Shown: piece after piece, positions 37,715 through 51,700 of the stretch
Layout: every line of letters starts with the position of its first letter
How positions within the stretch are numbered: position 1 is the stretch's first letter
DNA from: Pristiophorus japonicus
Lineage: Eukaryota
Assembly (NCBI RefSeq): GCF_044704955.1
Contig: NC_091995.1
Span: 11,160,001 to 11,224,000 of the forward strand
DNA: 64,000 nucleotides
Reading direction: 5' to 3'
Translations under genes and position numbers: made by a program
Notes under the pieces: generated by a model
Told to the model about the DNA's origin: nothing
Databases searched by the model: none
Seen by the model: the letters and a program-made list of their open reading frames with translations, nothing else

Positions 37715-39838
37715 CTGAAGGAACAGAGAGAGGGAACAACATAAGGATGGAATAAAGAGAAGACTTGCATTTATATAGTGCCTTTCACAACCACAAGACA
37801 TTCCTCAGTGCTTTACAGCGACTGAAGTACTTTTGGAGTGTAGTCACTGTTGTAATGTGGGAATTGCGACACAGCAAGCTCCCACATACAGCAATGTGAT
37901 AATGGCCAGACCATCTGTTTTAGTGATGAAGATTGAGGGATGTATATTGGCCCAGGACTGATTACTATCCAGTGAATCTTGTGCCATGTGAGAACAAGAT
38001 TGGGTTTGGGTCACATGCTTACTGCAATTAAATAGCCCACTGCCACTCTCAGCTCACACATCTAGAATGACCACTTCAGTGAAGCATTGAGCTCTCCTGC
38101 CGCACAGGAAATCATAGAATGATACAGCACAGAAGGAGGCCATTCGGCCCATCATGCCCATGCCGGCTCTTGGGTCGAGCTATCCAATTTCTCCCACTGC
38201 CCCTGCTTTTCCCCCATAGACCTGCAAATGTTTCCCGTGCTACAGTGGGAGTGGCTACCTTCAGGACATGGGGTTATTAATACCATTAAGAATAGCCTCT
38301 TACCTGTCAGGTGAGCTGCGATTTTCCCCCTCGGGTCATTTCCCAACTGCTTCATGAGACGAGGCAGACCTGGAAAAGAAAAGCCAGACTCTCAGTCGCT
38401 ATCGAAATACACATGGATCGAAAATGACATAACGAGAGAGGGAGAGAGAGTGAGAGAGAGAGATTGATAGAGAGAGAGATTGATAGAGTGTGAGATTGAT
38501 AGAGAGTGAGAGACAGATAGAGATAGATAGAGCATGAGATTGATATATAGATAGAGAGGGGGAGAAATCTAGAGAGAGAGATGGAGAAGGAGATTGATAG
38601 AGATATTGATAGAGCGAGAGATTGATAGAGTGAGAGAGATTGATAGAGAGACAGATAATGATGGATTGATAGTGAGATTGATAAAGAGAGATAGGAAGAT
38701 AGTGAGAGAGATGGAGGGAGAGAGATCGATAGAGAGAGAGAGATAGATAGAAATACATAGATAATGAGATTCATAGTGATAGATAGAGTGAGATGCAGAG
38801 AGAGAGACAGAGGCAGTAAGAGAGAGACAGAGAGAAAGGTAGAGAATGATAGCGATTGATTGATATATCGAGTTTGAGAGAGAGTTTGATGGAGAGACCA
38901 TGGGATGTACTGAGGGAGAGATACAGATAAAGAGAGAGTTGTTGATAGAGGTTGATAGGGAGCGATTGATAGAGTGATAGGGATAGATTGTTAGAGACAG
39001 ATGTTGTCAGAGAGAGAGATTGACAGAGAGAGAGAGATTGATAGACACATTGTTAGCGAGACAGATCGGTGGAGGAGATGGACAGAGATTGTCAGAGAGC
39101 ACTCACCACTGTTAACAGCGACTTTTGCCAGAGGCGAATGATTCCCTGAATCCTGTAATCGGGCTGTTTCCTTCAGAAATAGAACAAGGAAAGAGATTAA
39201 AATGTGAAATTCGCCCCAACTTTCCATGAAACACACCGCGACCCTCTGTACAAAGGTTCAGGCCGGATCTGCCGGCAGCTTATGTGCATTACACATAGAC
39301 ACAGGGCGACCCAGACCCTGACTGACTCTCACACTCCGGACTGACAGCAGACAGAGGCTTTGTCAGACAGTGAACTGCTGCTCACTAACTCGCTGGGCTG
39401 AAGCTGGATAAAATGCAGCATTGGTGACTGAGTCGCTGCATCTCTCCGATATAGAGCCGCCGAGATGTGGACAGCAGCAAAAGGCAACACCAGGATTGAC
39501 TGGGTGAACACAGATTGTGGCTTCACAGGAGGCGGAGCAGCTCAGGCAAACACTGCCATAACCCCACAGCTTCACAGCACACTTGGAGAAGCCTCTCCCA
39601 GGGCTGAGAGCAGCCGAGAAAAGGCAACAAGAGACCACTTGCTCTGGCGTTTCCAACGTACCTTGTTTGAAGGTAGAACTCCCAGCTGACAGAGTAACAG
39701 GTAGGAAGATACAGCCAGCAAGCCCAGAACAGCCACCGCACACAGAGACTGCCAGAAACAGCTCCTCTTGGAGTCTGCCCGCCAACCGACAGCCTCTCCT
39801 CCATTCTCAAGGTCCAGCGGCATCTTCTCAACACTCAT
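37302..39838 (-). CDS. TNF: TNF-alpha-like ligand, copy B (exons 39838-39662, 39170-39107, 38369-38304, 37714-37302; 239 aa)
   Basis: 177+64+66+413=720 nt in frame, GT-AG introns, TM + stalk + THD; ARE in 3'UTR, NF-kB and TATA in promoter. Confidence 0.88.
37761..37960 (-). mobile_element. DeuSINE 3' part in copy B intron 3 (same position in copy C, ~60950-61150)
   Basis: Same SINE motifs at the same intron position in B and C. Confidence 0.75.
38304..38369 (-). CDS. TNF: TNF copy B exon 3
   Basis: LPRLMKQLGNDPRGKIAAHLT with AG/GT boundaries. Confidence 0.85.
38430..39100. repeat. GA/GATA low-complexity repeat, copy B intron 2
   Basis: Direct inspection. Confidence 0.9.
39107..39170 (-). 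CDS. TNF: TNF copy B exon 2
   Basis: Acceptor TTCTGAAG|GAA, ETARLQDSGNHSPLAKVAVNS, donor GTGAGT. Confidence 0.78.
39662..39838 (-). CDS. TNF: TNF copy B exon 1
   Basis: MSVEKMPLDLENGG...PSNK, donor AAG|GTACGT. Confidence 0.85.
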
Positions 39839-39940
39839 GGTCTCAGGAGTCAGTTGTGGCTGTGTCAGGAGCAGATGTGTGTCTCCTCTCTCTCAGCTCT
39901 CTGAGTGCTTTGTGTGTCTGCTGTAGCTCCACACCAGCTC

Positions 39941-40150
39941 TATATAAAGATCAGCCCAGCACCACCGGAACTCTGATGTAATGGGGCAGGAAATCCCCAA
40001 AACCAAGCGATTGGAAGAAAGACACAAGTTTTCCTGAGCCGAAAGTAGCAATGATGTGAGGCTGCAACTCCCGAACTTTCACTGTGTCCGTTTTCCAAAG
40101 TTCAACTAAAACGTTAAACTAAACCAAAAGTGAACACGAAACTCCGCCCC
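39941..40150 (-). promoter_or_regulatory. Copy B proximal promoter: TATA-like (39941-39948), NF-kB site GGGGATTTCC (39989-39998), NFAT-like TGGAAAA (~40091), GC box (40144-40149)
   Basis: Motifs read directly, about 100-310 bp upstream of the ATG, and conserved in copy C. Confidence 0.7.
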
Positions 40151-40255
40151 ATCTAAATGTATTTTCACTGTACTTAAACATGAATGAAAGGAAACAAGCA
40201 GGAAGCTTGTAAAGAGATTAAAAACCAAGGAAACACTAAAGAACTGTTATGTCTA

Positions 40256-40766
40256 GAAACATAGAAACATAGAAAATAGGTGCAGGAGTAGGCCATTCGG
40301 TCCTTCGAGCCTGCACCACCATTCAATAAGATCATGGCTGATCATTCCCTCAGTACACTTTTCCTGCTTTCTCTCCATACCCCTTGATCCCTTTAGCCGT
40401 AAGGGCCATATCTAACTCTCTTAAATATATCGAACGAACTGTCATCAACAACTCTCTGTGGTAGAGAATTCCACAGGTTAACAACTCTCTGAGTGAAGAA
40501 GTGTATCCTCATCTCGGTCCCTTATGCTTAGTCTGTGTCCCCTGGTTCTGGACTTCCCCAACATCGGGAACATTCTTCCTGCATCTAACCTGTCCAGTCC
40601 CGTCAGAATTTTACATGTTTCTATGAGATCCCCTCTCATTCTTCTAAACTCCAGTGAATACAGACCCAGTTGATCCAGTCTTTCTTCATATTTCAGTCCT
40701 GCCATCCCTGGAATCAGTCTGGTGAACGTTCACTGCACTCCCTCAATAGCAAGAATGTTCTTCCTT
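40256..40766 (-). mobile_element. CR1 3' fragment immediately upstream of the copy B promoter
   Basis: (GAAACATA)n tail, RT C-terminus. Confidence 0.9.
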
Positions 40767-41299
40767 CTACAGTGCCTTTCGCCGCCTTCTGTTGTCTCAA
40801 AGCACTTTATAGTCAATGAATATGTTTTGAAGTGTAGTCACTGTTGTTATGTAGAAAACGGGCCAACAATTTGCGCACAGCAAGATCCCAGAAACAGCAA
40901 TGCGATACATGAGCAGATTATCTGTTTTGGTGATTTGGGTTGAGGGATCAATATTGATAGGCCACAGGTTGACCAATGTTGAGTAAGCACTTTTTCACAC
41001 AAAGATTATTGGAGCTCTGGAACTCACATCCCCCAAGAGGCTGTGGATCCTGGAGGAAAATTGGAGCTTTCAAGACTGAATTGGATGTCTTTTTATTGGG
41101 TTAGAGTGTCAAGCGATATGGAGAAAAAGCATCTAAATGGAGTTGAGATACAGATCAGCCATGATCTAACTGAATGACAGAACTGTCTCGACGGGCTAAA
41201 TAGCCTCCTCCTGTTCCTGTGTTCTCGGTGATCTTCACCAGGCAGTGTTATTCTACATCTAACCCGTGTTACACCTGACCTGGGACACTGCTGACTTTT

Positions 41300-41800
41300 T
41301 TTCATTCATTCCGGATGTGGGCATCGCTGGCAATGCCTACATTTATTGCCCATTCCTTATTGCCCTTGAGAAGGTGGTGGTGAGCTGCCTTCTTGAACTG
41401 CTGCAGTCTGTGTGCTGAAGATTCTCCCACAGTGCTGTTAGGGAGGGAGCTCCAGGATTTTGACCCAGCGATGATGAAGGAATGGTGATATACTTCCAAG
41501 TCAGGATGGTGTGTAACTTGGAGGGGTACTTGGAGATGGTGGTGTTTCCATCCGTCTGCTGCCCATGGTGTGCCGGTGGTGGAGGGAGTGAATGTTGAAG
41601 GTGGTGGATGGGGTGCCAATCAAGCGGGCTGCTTTGTCCTGGATGGTGTCGACCTTCTTGTGTGCTGTTGGAGCTGCACTCATCCAGGCATGTGGAGAAT
41701 ATTCCATCACACTCCTGACTTGTGCCTTGTAGATGATGGAAAAGCTTTGGCGAGACAGGAGGTGAGACACTTGCTACAGAATACCTAGCCTCTGACCTGG
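41300..41800 (-). mobile_element. LINE 3' fragment (CR1/L2 group, different family)
   Basis: IYKAQVRSVMEYSPHAW...DTIQDKAARLI. Confidence 0.7.
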
Positions 41801-41804
41801 CTAC

Positions 41805-44392
41805 AGAAACATAGAAACATAGAAAATAAGTGCAGGAGTAGGCCCTTCGAGCCTGCACCACCATTCAATAAGATCATGACTGATCATTCACCTCAGTACC
41901 CCTTTCCTGCTTTCTCTCCATACCTCTTGATCTCTTTAGCCATAAGGACCATATCTAACTCCCTCTTCAATATATCCAATGAACTGGCATCTACAACTCT
42001 CTGCGGTAGGGAATTCCACAGGTTAACACCTCTCTGAGAGAAGGAGTTTCTCCTCATCTCAGTCCTAAATGGCTTACCCCTTATTCTTAGACTTTGTCCA
42101 CTGGTTTTGGACTTCCCCAACATCGGGAACATTCTTCCTGCATCTAACCTGTCCAGTCCTGTCAGAATCTTATATGTTTCTATGAGATCCCCTCTCATTC
42201 TTCTAAACTCCAGGAAATGCAGGCCCAGTCGATCCAGTCTCTCCTCATATGTCAGTCCTGCCATCCCCCGCGCGAATCAGTCTGGTGATTCGCTGCACTC
42301 CCTAAATAGCAAGAATGTCCTTCCTCAGATTAGGAAACCAAAACTGAACACAAAATGCTAGATGAGGCCTCACTAAGGCCCTGTACTAATGCAGTAAGAC
42401 CTCCCTACTCCTATACTCAAATCCCCTAGCTATGAAGGCCAACGTACCATTTGCTTTCTTCACCGTCTGCTGTACCTGCATTCCAGCTTTCAATGACTGA
42501 TGTACCATGACACCCAGGACTCACTGCACCTCCCCTTTTCCTAATCTGCCACCATTCAGATCATATTCAGTCTTTGCGTTTTTGCCACCAAAGTGGATAA
42601 CCTCACATTTATCCACATTATACTGCATCTGCCACGTGTTTGCCCACTCACCTAACCTGTCCAAGTCACCCTGCAGCCTCTTAGCGTCCTCCTCACAGAT
42701 CACACTGTCACGCAGCTTGGTGTCATCTGCAAACTTGGAGATATTACAGTCAATTCCCTCATCCAAATCATTGATGTATATTGTAAGTAGCTGGGGTCCC
42801 AGCACTGAGCCCTGCGGTACCCCACTAGTCACTGCCTGCCATTCTGAAAAGGAGCCATTTATCCCAACTCTCTGCTTCCTGTCTGCCAACCAGTTCTCTA
42901 TCCATGTCAGTACATTACCCCCAATACCATGTGCTTTAATTTTGTAAACCAATCTCTTGTGTGGGACCTTGTCAAAAACCTTTTGAAAGTCCAAATACAC
43001 CACATCCACTGGTCCTCCCTTGTCCACTCTACCAGTTACATCCTCAAAAAATTGCAGAAAATTTGTCAAGCAGGAATTCCCTTTCATAAATCCGTGCTGA
43101 CTTGGACCGATTCCCGCCACTGCTTTCCAAATGTGCTGCTATTTCACCTTTATTAATTGATTCCAACATTTTCCCCCGACTGATGTCAGGCTAACCGGTC
43201 TATAATTACCCGTTTTCTCTCTCCCTTCTTTCTTAAAAAGTGGTGTTACATTAGCTACCCTCGAGTCCATTGGAACCGATCCAGAGTCGATTGACTGTTG
43301 GAAAATGATCACCAATGCATCCACTATTTCTAGGGCTACCTCCTTAAGTACTCTGGGATGCACTATCCGGCCCTGGGGATTTATCAGACTTCAATTCCAT
43401 CAATTTCCCGAACACTATTTCCCGCCTAATAAGGATTTGCTTCAGTTCCTCCTTCTAATTAGACCCTCGGTTCCCCAGTATTTCCGGAAGTTTATTTGTG
43501 TCTTCCTTCGTGAAGACAGAACCAAAATATTTGTTAAACTGGTCCGCCATTTCTTTGTTCCCCATTGTAAATTCACCTGAATCTGACTGCAAGGGACCTA
43601 CATTTGTTTTCACTAATCTTTTTCTTTTTCTCTTCACATATCTATAGAAGCTTTTGCAGTCAGTTTTTATGTTCCCAGCAAGCTTCCTCTCATACTCTAT
43701 TTCCCCTTCCTAATTAAACCCTTTGTCCTCCTCTGCTGCATTACAAAATTCTCCCAGTCCTCAGCTTTGCTGCTTTTTCTGTCCTATTTATATGTCTCTT
43801 CCTTGGATTTAACACTATCTTTAATTTCCCTTGTTAGCCACGATTGAGCCACCTTCCCTGTTTTATTTTTACTCCAGACAGGGATGTACAATTGTTGAAG
43901 TTCATCCATGTGATCTTTCAATGTTTGCCATTGCCTATCCACCGTCAACCCTTTAAGTATCACTCACCAGTCTATTCTAGCCAATTCATGTCTCATACCA
44001 TCGAAGTTACCTTTCCTTAAGTTCAGGACCCTAGTCTCTGAATTAACTGTGTCACTCTCCATCTTAATAAAGAATTCTACCATATTATGGTCACTCTCCC
44101 CCAAGGGGCCTCGCACAACAAGATTGCTAATTAGTCCTTTTTCATTACACATCACCCAGCCGAGGATGGCCAGCCCACTAATTGGTTCCGCGACATATTG
44201 GTCTAAAAAAAAACATCTCTAATACACTCCAGAAAATCCTCCTCCACCACATTGCTACCAGTTTGGTTAGCCCAGTCAATATGTAGATTAAAGTCGCCCA
44301 TGATAACTGCCATACCTTTATTGCATGCATCACTAATTTCTTGTTTGATGCTATCCACAACCTCACTACTACTGTTTGGTGATCTGTACACC
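41805..44392 (-). mobile_element. 5'-truncated CR1 (EN + RT)
   Basis: [36 protein letters not shown], tail. Confidence 0.93.
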
Positions 44393-46865
44393 AACAGCAA
44401 AAAGCCTACTACGCACCAAGAATATAGTTGGCACCGAGTTTTTGTCCAACAAATAAGATATAACATGGAAAGGATGGTGAAGGCCCTGGAACTGGTAGCC
44501 AGGAAGACTGGTGGCAGAGGGCTCCCAGTGGTCCCGGAGCATGGCACTGCATGCCATTGCCAACCACCTCTGGACCGTCCACTCCCGTATCCATCCAAGC
44601 AGTGTTTCAGCCGTCATTCCCCCCGCCCCCCGCAATGAAGCATCACCTGAGGAGCTCCTTGGCCAGGTGGCTTGGAGTCAGGAGGGGAAGGGGAAGGGGT
44701 AGAGGTGAGGAGGAGAAGTGACGGAGGGGGCCAACAGTTGTTTTTTACAGAAATAGTGATGATTTCAGACAAATGTTCGGTTTAAATGGTTTTTATTTCA
44801 CAAAACCTTGTTGCGCATTGGCTCAGATAGTTGCACCGTTACACGTTGGTGAATCCTCAACATCAAAGGTTATAATGATACTTAACTTCAATCAACTTAA
44901 ACTTTAACTGGCACCAAGGTGATGGCCACCATTGATGTATCACCTACACACACAGCAGTGTGTCAGCCTTGTCAAGATCACCAACGTTCTTTCAGGCAAA
45001 GTGATCATTGATGAGCTCCTGACATAAAGTTCTTGCAGCTATCATGCCACCTTGGGCCCATTCATGCGGTCTACAGCGGGGTGGGGGTATGTCTTCAGCA
45101 TCAGCCTGATTGTCTTGGCCGATGTCAGCATCCGCCTTCTTGTCCTCCTCTACCTCTCTCTGGTTAGGTGGACTATCAGACTCATCAGGCAACTCTTGTC
45201 CCTCGTGATAGCCAAGTTGTGCAGTATGGAACACACCACCACGAATTGAGCTACCTGCTCAGGCTGGTATTGGAGCTCACCTCCTGAGTGGTCCAAGCAT
45301 CTAAAGCACTGCTTAAGCACTCCAATGGTTTTCTCCACGATATTGTGAATGGCTCTGTGGCTCTTGTTGTATCGCCTCTTGGCTTCGGTGTAGGTGTCAC
45401 GCAGGGTGGGTCATCAGCCAGGTGGCAAGGCCATATCCTTTTGTCACCAGCCATCCAACATTGACCTTGTGGCTGATTGTTGAACAAGTCAGATACAGTG
45501 CTGTCACACAGGATGTGAGCATCATGGATGCTGCCCGGAAATTGAGCGTTCACTGCCAACATGATTTGCTGGTGGTCGACAACCAGCATTCAGGGAGTGG
45601 ACATTCAGGGAGTGGATTCCATTGCGGTTCCTGAAAACCTCTGCATCCTGAAAAGCTGCCAACTTCACGATGTGCATGCAGTCTATTGCTCCCTAAACCT
45701 TAGGGAAGTTTACAATTCTGGACAATCCTCGAGCCCTCTCACTCTGTGCCTCCCTGGAAGCTGATCACGTCCCTTCTGTGTGCACACAGGGCTTCTAATG
45801 TTGCAATGTGTGGCATGCTGAGAAAGTCTGCATATGTCTCCAGCTGTGGCCTCTAAAGGACCCGACGCGTAGAACGACAGTGCGTGGTGACTTTGACCTC
45901 CACAGACAGTGCGGTACTGATGGTGCTGGCAGGCTGCAGATCTCCCCTTATGAGCTGGCATACCTCAGTGATAACCTCTTTGTGGAAGCGCAGTCCCCGA
46001 AGGCAGGTGGTGTGGCAAATCAAGGTAAGAATGCTTCTCCCTGTATTTGCGGGGAGTGTAATGTCTGGTCCTTCGCATCTGTCCGTCACGTCTTACATTG
46101 GGCACATAATGCTGTGGAGCGTAACTTCGGGTCTGAGTCTGCTGCATGTAATTGGGCATCAAGAGAGGGTGAAAAAGGACAGGCCCCATTGCAGTAGCTC
46201 TCTGTTTTCACCGATTGGTCACAAACAATGAATGTCCCGACGAATGCACCTATTCAATTCCAATTGGTCACAGTATGGCCAAGATGTTTGTAGAGATGTT
46301 CACATCAACTCCAACAACCTCCAGAGTACATCCAAACTCTCCCGAGGTTGAAGCAAAGCAGCCTTTTAAAGGATGCGACATGTGATGTAGAACATGGCGT
46401 CCAAAACGCGGTGATTAGTTCCAGTTCGTTCCACATTTTCTGGTCTTTTTTTTGGATGAGCGATATTGTGGGTGATATGTGTGTGAGGTCGTGAAAGTGA
46501 TGTTGGGCGATCTCATGACCGCTAGTTTCGGTAAATGTTCTCTTTACGATTAAAAAAAGTGGGTGGGTGGTATTATTGAATCTTGCTGTTAAATCAGTGC
46601 GGTAATTAACGCTGGCCGATATTATGGCCATTGATTTCGCCCATTCTGATGATTCCGCCCGAAAAAAGTGGGCGGGTGGTATTATTTTGTCACAGCATTA
46701 AGAATATGGGGAAAGTAATGCTCAGTGATAAGTTTATGAAAAAAGGGCATCAGTTTCCATTTTGTGGCTAAATGAGTGATTGTATCGGCGTTGTTCGTCA
46801 TTTCAGCGGTAAAATGGGCATTAAGTGGGTGTTCAGCATGCAAATAAAGTAGAGGTTTTAGCCCC
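44393..46865 (-). mobile_element. Degenerate Harbinger transposon (transposase on -)
   Basis: [39 protein letters not shown]; TIR-like end GGTTTTAGCCCC. Confidence 0.8.
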
Positions 46866-46924
46866 TAATGTCTGGGAATTAAATGGACAGAAATCAAGCA
46901 ATGCATTCTTGCAAGATATGCCTC

Positions 46925-47515
46925 TGTTTCAAAATAGCACCATGGAGTCTTTCACAATGGCCTGAAAATAGGAGGGCTTTGGTTTAACGTCTCATCTCAA
47001 CTCCGACAGTGCAGCACTCCATCGCGACTGCACTGGAGTGTTAGTCAAGATTTTCTGCTCAAATCTGGAGTGAGGATTAAACCCACGACCTTCTGACTCA
47101 GAGGTAAAAATCCTACCATTGAGCTAAGCTAACACTTGTATCCGTTGCATCCAGGTGATCCGACAGGTACAGGAACAACCCATCCCTCAGCCCCCTTACA
47201 GACAATTCTTCTCAAGTTTAGATCTGGATTGAATGAGTATGAAAAGGAATTGCATTTATATAGCACCTTTCACAACTTCAGGACAACCCAAAGCGCTTTA
47301 CAGCCAATGAAGTACTTTGAAGTGTAACCACCGTTGTAATTGATGTAGGAAATGCGGCAGCCAATTTGCGCACAGCAAGCTCCCATAAACAGGAATGTGG
47401 TAATGACCGGATTATCTGTTTAGGTGATGTGGATTGAGGGATAAATATTGGTCAGGACACCGGGGATAACTCCCCTGCTCTTCTGCAAAACATTGCCATG
47501 GGATCTTTTACGCCC
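46925..47515 (-). mobile_element. DeuSINE fragments (5' head ~46925-47135; 3' part ~47248-47515)
   Basis: Same SINE motifs as the other copies. Confidence 0.7.
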
Positions 47516-48054
47516 CAGTTTGGAAGGGGGCATCAGAGAATGAGACATTTAAAGGAGAGGCGAGAGGGGTGGAATAAGATGAAATGCTCGAAGGAGGAGA
47601 TGGTGCCTAAGGAATACGACAAGGGACCGAAGTGTGGTTGGGTGATGAGGGCCACACCGTCAACAAATATCTTTAAATGGGGCAGATGGTGGAACGTATA
47701 GCCATGCGGGAAGGGCTCAGTAAGGGGTAAGGTGGCGTCACCCATGAGCCAAGTTTCAGTCAAAGAAATGTTGTCGATGGAACCATCAAAAATAATGAGG
47801 TGGGACTTGGTTGCAGGTGGAGGGATATTCTGGAGGGAATTGTGGAGCAGGCCACTGATTGTTGAGTCACTGGCAGAGCCCAAGGAGACAGATGTGGGTG
47901 GAGTAAGCGGGATGGCCAATGAGGTTGGCGACATTAACCATCACCATTCCCCTCCCGTGCAGAGATGCCTATTGGGTGAGAAGGTTGGTAATTGAGGCAA
48001 TTGAGGCAGGGATTGCCCAAAAGGAGGCAGCGATGGGTGCCTCAATGGGCCCTT

Positions 48055-48700
48055 CATAAGAACATAAGAACTTGAGAAACATGAGCAGGAGTAGGCCATT
48101 TGGACCCTCGAGCCTGCTCCGCCATTCAATAAAATCATGGCTGATCTGATCCTGGCCTCAACTCCATTTCCCTGCCTGTTCCCCATAACCCTTGACTCCC
48201 TTATAGCTCAAAAATCTGTCTATCTCCACCTTAAATATATTCAGTGACCCAGCCTCCACAGCTCTCTGGGGCAGAGAATTCCACAGATTTACAACTCTCT
48301 GAGAGAAGAAATTCTTCATCATCTCCATTTTCAATGGGCGACCCCTTATTTTGACACTTTTCCCCCTAGTTCTCGATCCACCACGAGGGGAAACATCCTC
48401 TCTGCATCTACCTTGCCGAGCCCCCTCAGAATATTATACGTTTCAATAAGATCACCTCTCATGCTTCTAAACTCCAATGTATAGGTCCAACCTGCTCAAG
48501 CTTTCTTCATAAGACAACTTCCTCATCTCAGGAATCAACCTCGTGAACCTTCTCTGACTGCCTCCAATGCAAATATATCCGTCCTTAAATAAGGAGACCA
48601 AAAGTGTATGCAGTACTCCAGATGTGGTCTCACCAACATAACATACAGTTGTAGCAAGACTTTTATACTCCATCCCCTTTGCAATAAAGGCCAATGTTCA
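48055..48700 (-). mobile_element. CR1 3' fragment
   Basis: Tail and RT C-terminus in reverse orientation. Confidence 0.85.
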
Positions 48701-51700
48701 CAGAATACCGAGAACGACACTGTGGGCTTCTCCAAGGGGCTTTGAAGCCATGGGACAGCGGCAGGAGAGTGGGAAGGCAGAACAGTAATGGGGTTGTGGA
48801 AGGGTGGGCGAGGAAAGTACCGGAGAGAGGGGGATTAAGCGGCACTCGACGAGAGGCGGGTGCAACGTAGTGAGGCCTATAAAGACCCAGCGGATGTTCC
48901 ACAGGCAGCGGCAGTCGGCTAGAGGTGGGAGCAACGTGGTGAGGCCTAAAAAGGCCCAGCGGGTGTTCCACAGGCAGCGGCAGTCGGCGAGAGGTGGGAG
49001 CAGCGTTGTGAGGCCTATAAAGGCCCAGCGGGTGTTCCACAGGCAGCGGCAGTCGGCTAGAGGTGGGAGCAACGTGGTGAGGCCTATAAAGGCCCAGCGG
49101 GTGTTCCACAGGCAGCTCCAGCCGGGAGAAAAAGCAGAAAAGAAGTAGAAAGGAATGAAAAGGTGACGTCACAGCCAAAGGGGCAAATGATTGGCTGGTG
49201 ATTGGTAAGTAGTTTTTCTTTTTCTTTTTTATACCAGTAAGTAACCTGTAACAGTGTTGTCACCAATTTAAGGGTGTCTAAGGGTTAAGGCATGGCAGGA
49301 GAGCTCGGTCACATCATATGCTCCTCCTGTACCATGTGGGAACTCAGGGACACTTCCGGTGTCCCTGACGACTACATCTGCGGGTAGTGTATCTGCCTCC
49401 AGCTCCTGACGGAGCGCGTTGCGGAATTGGAGCTGAGGATAGATTCACTCTGGAGCATCCACGATGCTGAGAATGACGTGAGAAGCACATGTAGCGAGTT
49501 GGTCTTACCGCAGGAGAAGGGTCCACAGCCAGCTAGGGAATGGAAGACCAGCAGGAAGAGTAGTGCAAGGAAGGTAGTGCAGGGGTCCCCTGTGGTCATC
49601 CCCCTGCAAAACAGATACACTGCTTTGAGTGCTGTTGAGGGGGATGACTCATCAGAGCAGCAGCAGCCAAGTTCATGGCACCGTGGCTGGCTCTGTTGCA
49701 CAGGAGGGCAGGAAAAAGAGTGGGAGAGCGATAGTGATAGGGGATTCAATGGTGAGGGGAATAGATAGGCATTTCTGCGGCCGCAACCGAGACTCCAGGA
49801 TGGTATGTTGCCTCCCTGGTGCAAGGGTCATGGATGTCTCGGAGCGGGTGCAGGACATTCTGAAAAGGGAGGGTGAACAGCCAGTTGTCATGGTGCACAT
49901 TGGTGCCAACGACATAGGTAAAAAAAGGGATGAGGTCCTACGAAACGAATTTAAGGAGCTAGGAGCTAAATTAACAAGTAGGACCTCAAAAGTAGTAATA
50001 TCGGGATTGCTACCAGTGCCACGTGCTAGTCAGAGTAGGAATCGCAGGATAGCGCAGATGAATACGTGGCTTGAGCAGTGGTGCAGCAGGGAGGGATTCA
50101 AATTCCTGGGGCATTGGAACCGGTTCTGGGGGAGGTGGGACCAGTACAAACCGGACGGTCTGCACCTGGGCAGGACCGGAACCAATGTCCTAGGGGGAGT
50201 GTTTGCTAGTGCTGCTGGGGAGGAGTTAAACTAATATGGCAGGGGGATGGGAACCAATGAAGGGAGACAGAGGGAAACAAAAAGGAGACAAAAGCAAAAG
50301 ACAGAAAGGAGATGAGGAAAAGTGGAGGGCAGAGAAACCCAAGGCAAAGAACAAAAAGGGCCACTGTACAGCAAAATTCTAAAAGGAAAAAGGGTGTAAA
50401 AAAAACAAGCCTGAAGGCTTTATGTCTTAATGCAAGGAGCATCCGTAATAAGGTGGATGAATTAACTGTGCAAATAGATGTTAACAAATATGATGTGATT
50501 GGGATTACAGAGACATGGCTCCAGGATGATCAGGGCTGGGAACTCAACATCCAGGGGTACTCAACATTCAGGAAGGATAGAATAAAAGGAAAAGGAGGTG
50601 GGGTAGCATTGCTGTTTAAAGAGGAGATTAATGCAATAGTTAGGAAGGACATTAGCTTGGATGATGTGGAATCTATATGGGTACAGCTGCAGAACACCAA
50701 AGGGCAAAAAACGTCAGTGGGAGTTGTGTACAGACCTCCAAACAGTAGTAGTGATGTTGGGGAGGGCATCAAACAGGAAATTAGGGGTGCATGCAATAAA
50801 GGTGCAGCAGTTATAATGGGTGACTTTAATATGCACATAGATTGGGCTAACCAAACTGGAAGCAATACGGTGGAGGAGGATTTCCTGGAGTGCATAAGGG
50901 ATGGTTTTCGAGACCAATATGTTGAGGAACCAACTAGGGGGGAGGCCATCTTAGACTGGGTGTTGTGTAATGAGAGAGGATTAATTAGCAATCTCGTTGT
51001 GCGAGGCCCCTTGGGGAAGAGTGACCATAATATGATGGAATTCTGCATTAGGATGGAGAATGAAACAGTTAATTCAGAGACCATGGTCCAGAACTTAAAG
51101 AAGGGTAACTTTGAAGGTATGAGGCATGAATTGGCTAGGATAGATTGGCGAATGACACTTAAGGGGTTGACAGTGGATGGGCAATGGTAGACATTTAGAG
51201 ACCGCATGGATGAACTACAACAATTGTACATTCCTGTCTGGCGTAAAAATAAAAAAGGGAAGGTGGCTCAACCGTGGCTATCAAGGGAAATCAGGGATAG
51301 TATTAAAGCCAAGGAAGTGGCATACAAATTGGCCAGAAATAGCAGCGAACCCGGGGACTGGGAGAAATTTAGAACTCAGCAGAGGAGAACAAAGGGTTTG
51401 ATTAGGGTCGAGAAGAAGCTTGCAGGGAACATTAAGACGGATTGCAAAAGTTTCTATAGATAGGTAAAGAGAAAAAGGTTAGTAAAGATAAACATAGGTC
51501 GCCTGCAGTCAGAATCAGGGGAAGTCATAACGGGGAACAAAGAAATGGTGGATCAATTGAACAAGTACTTCGGTTCGGTATTCACTAAGGAGGACACAAA
51601 CAACCTTCCGGATATAAAAGGGGTCAGAGGGTCTAGTAAGGAGGAGGAATGAGGGAAATCCTTATTAGTCGGGAAATTGTGTTGGGGAAATTGATGGGAT

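Noticed and set aside
38352-38901. Ser/Leu/Ile-rich ORFs (also ~19318-19639 and 61588-62072)
   Set aside because: Translations of GA/GATA microsatellites.
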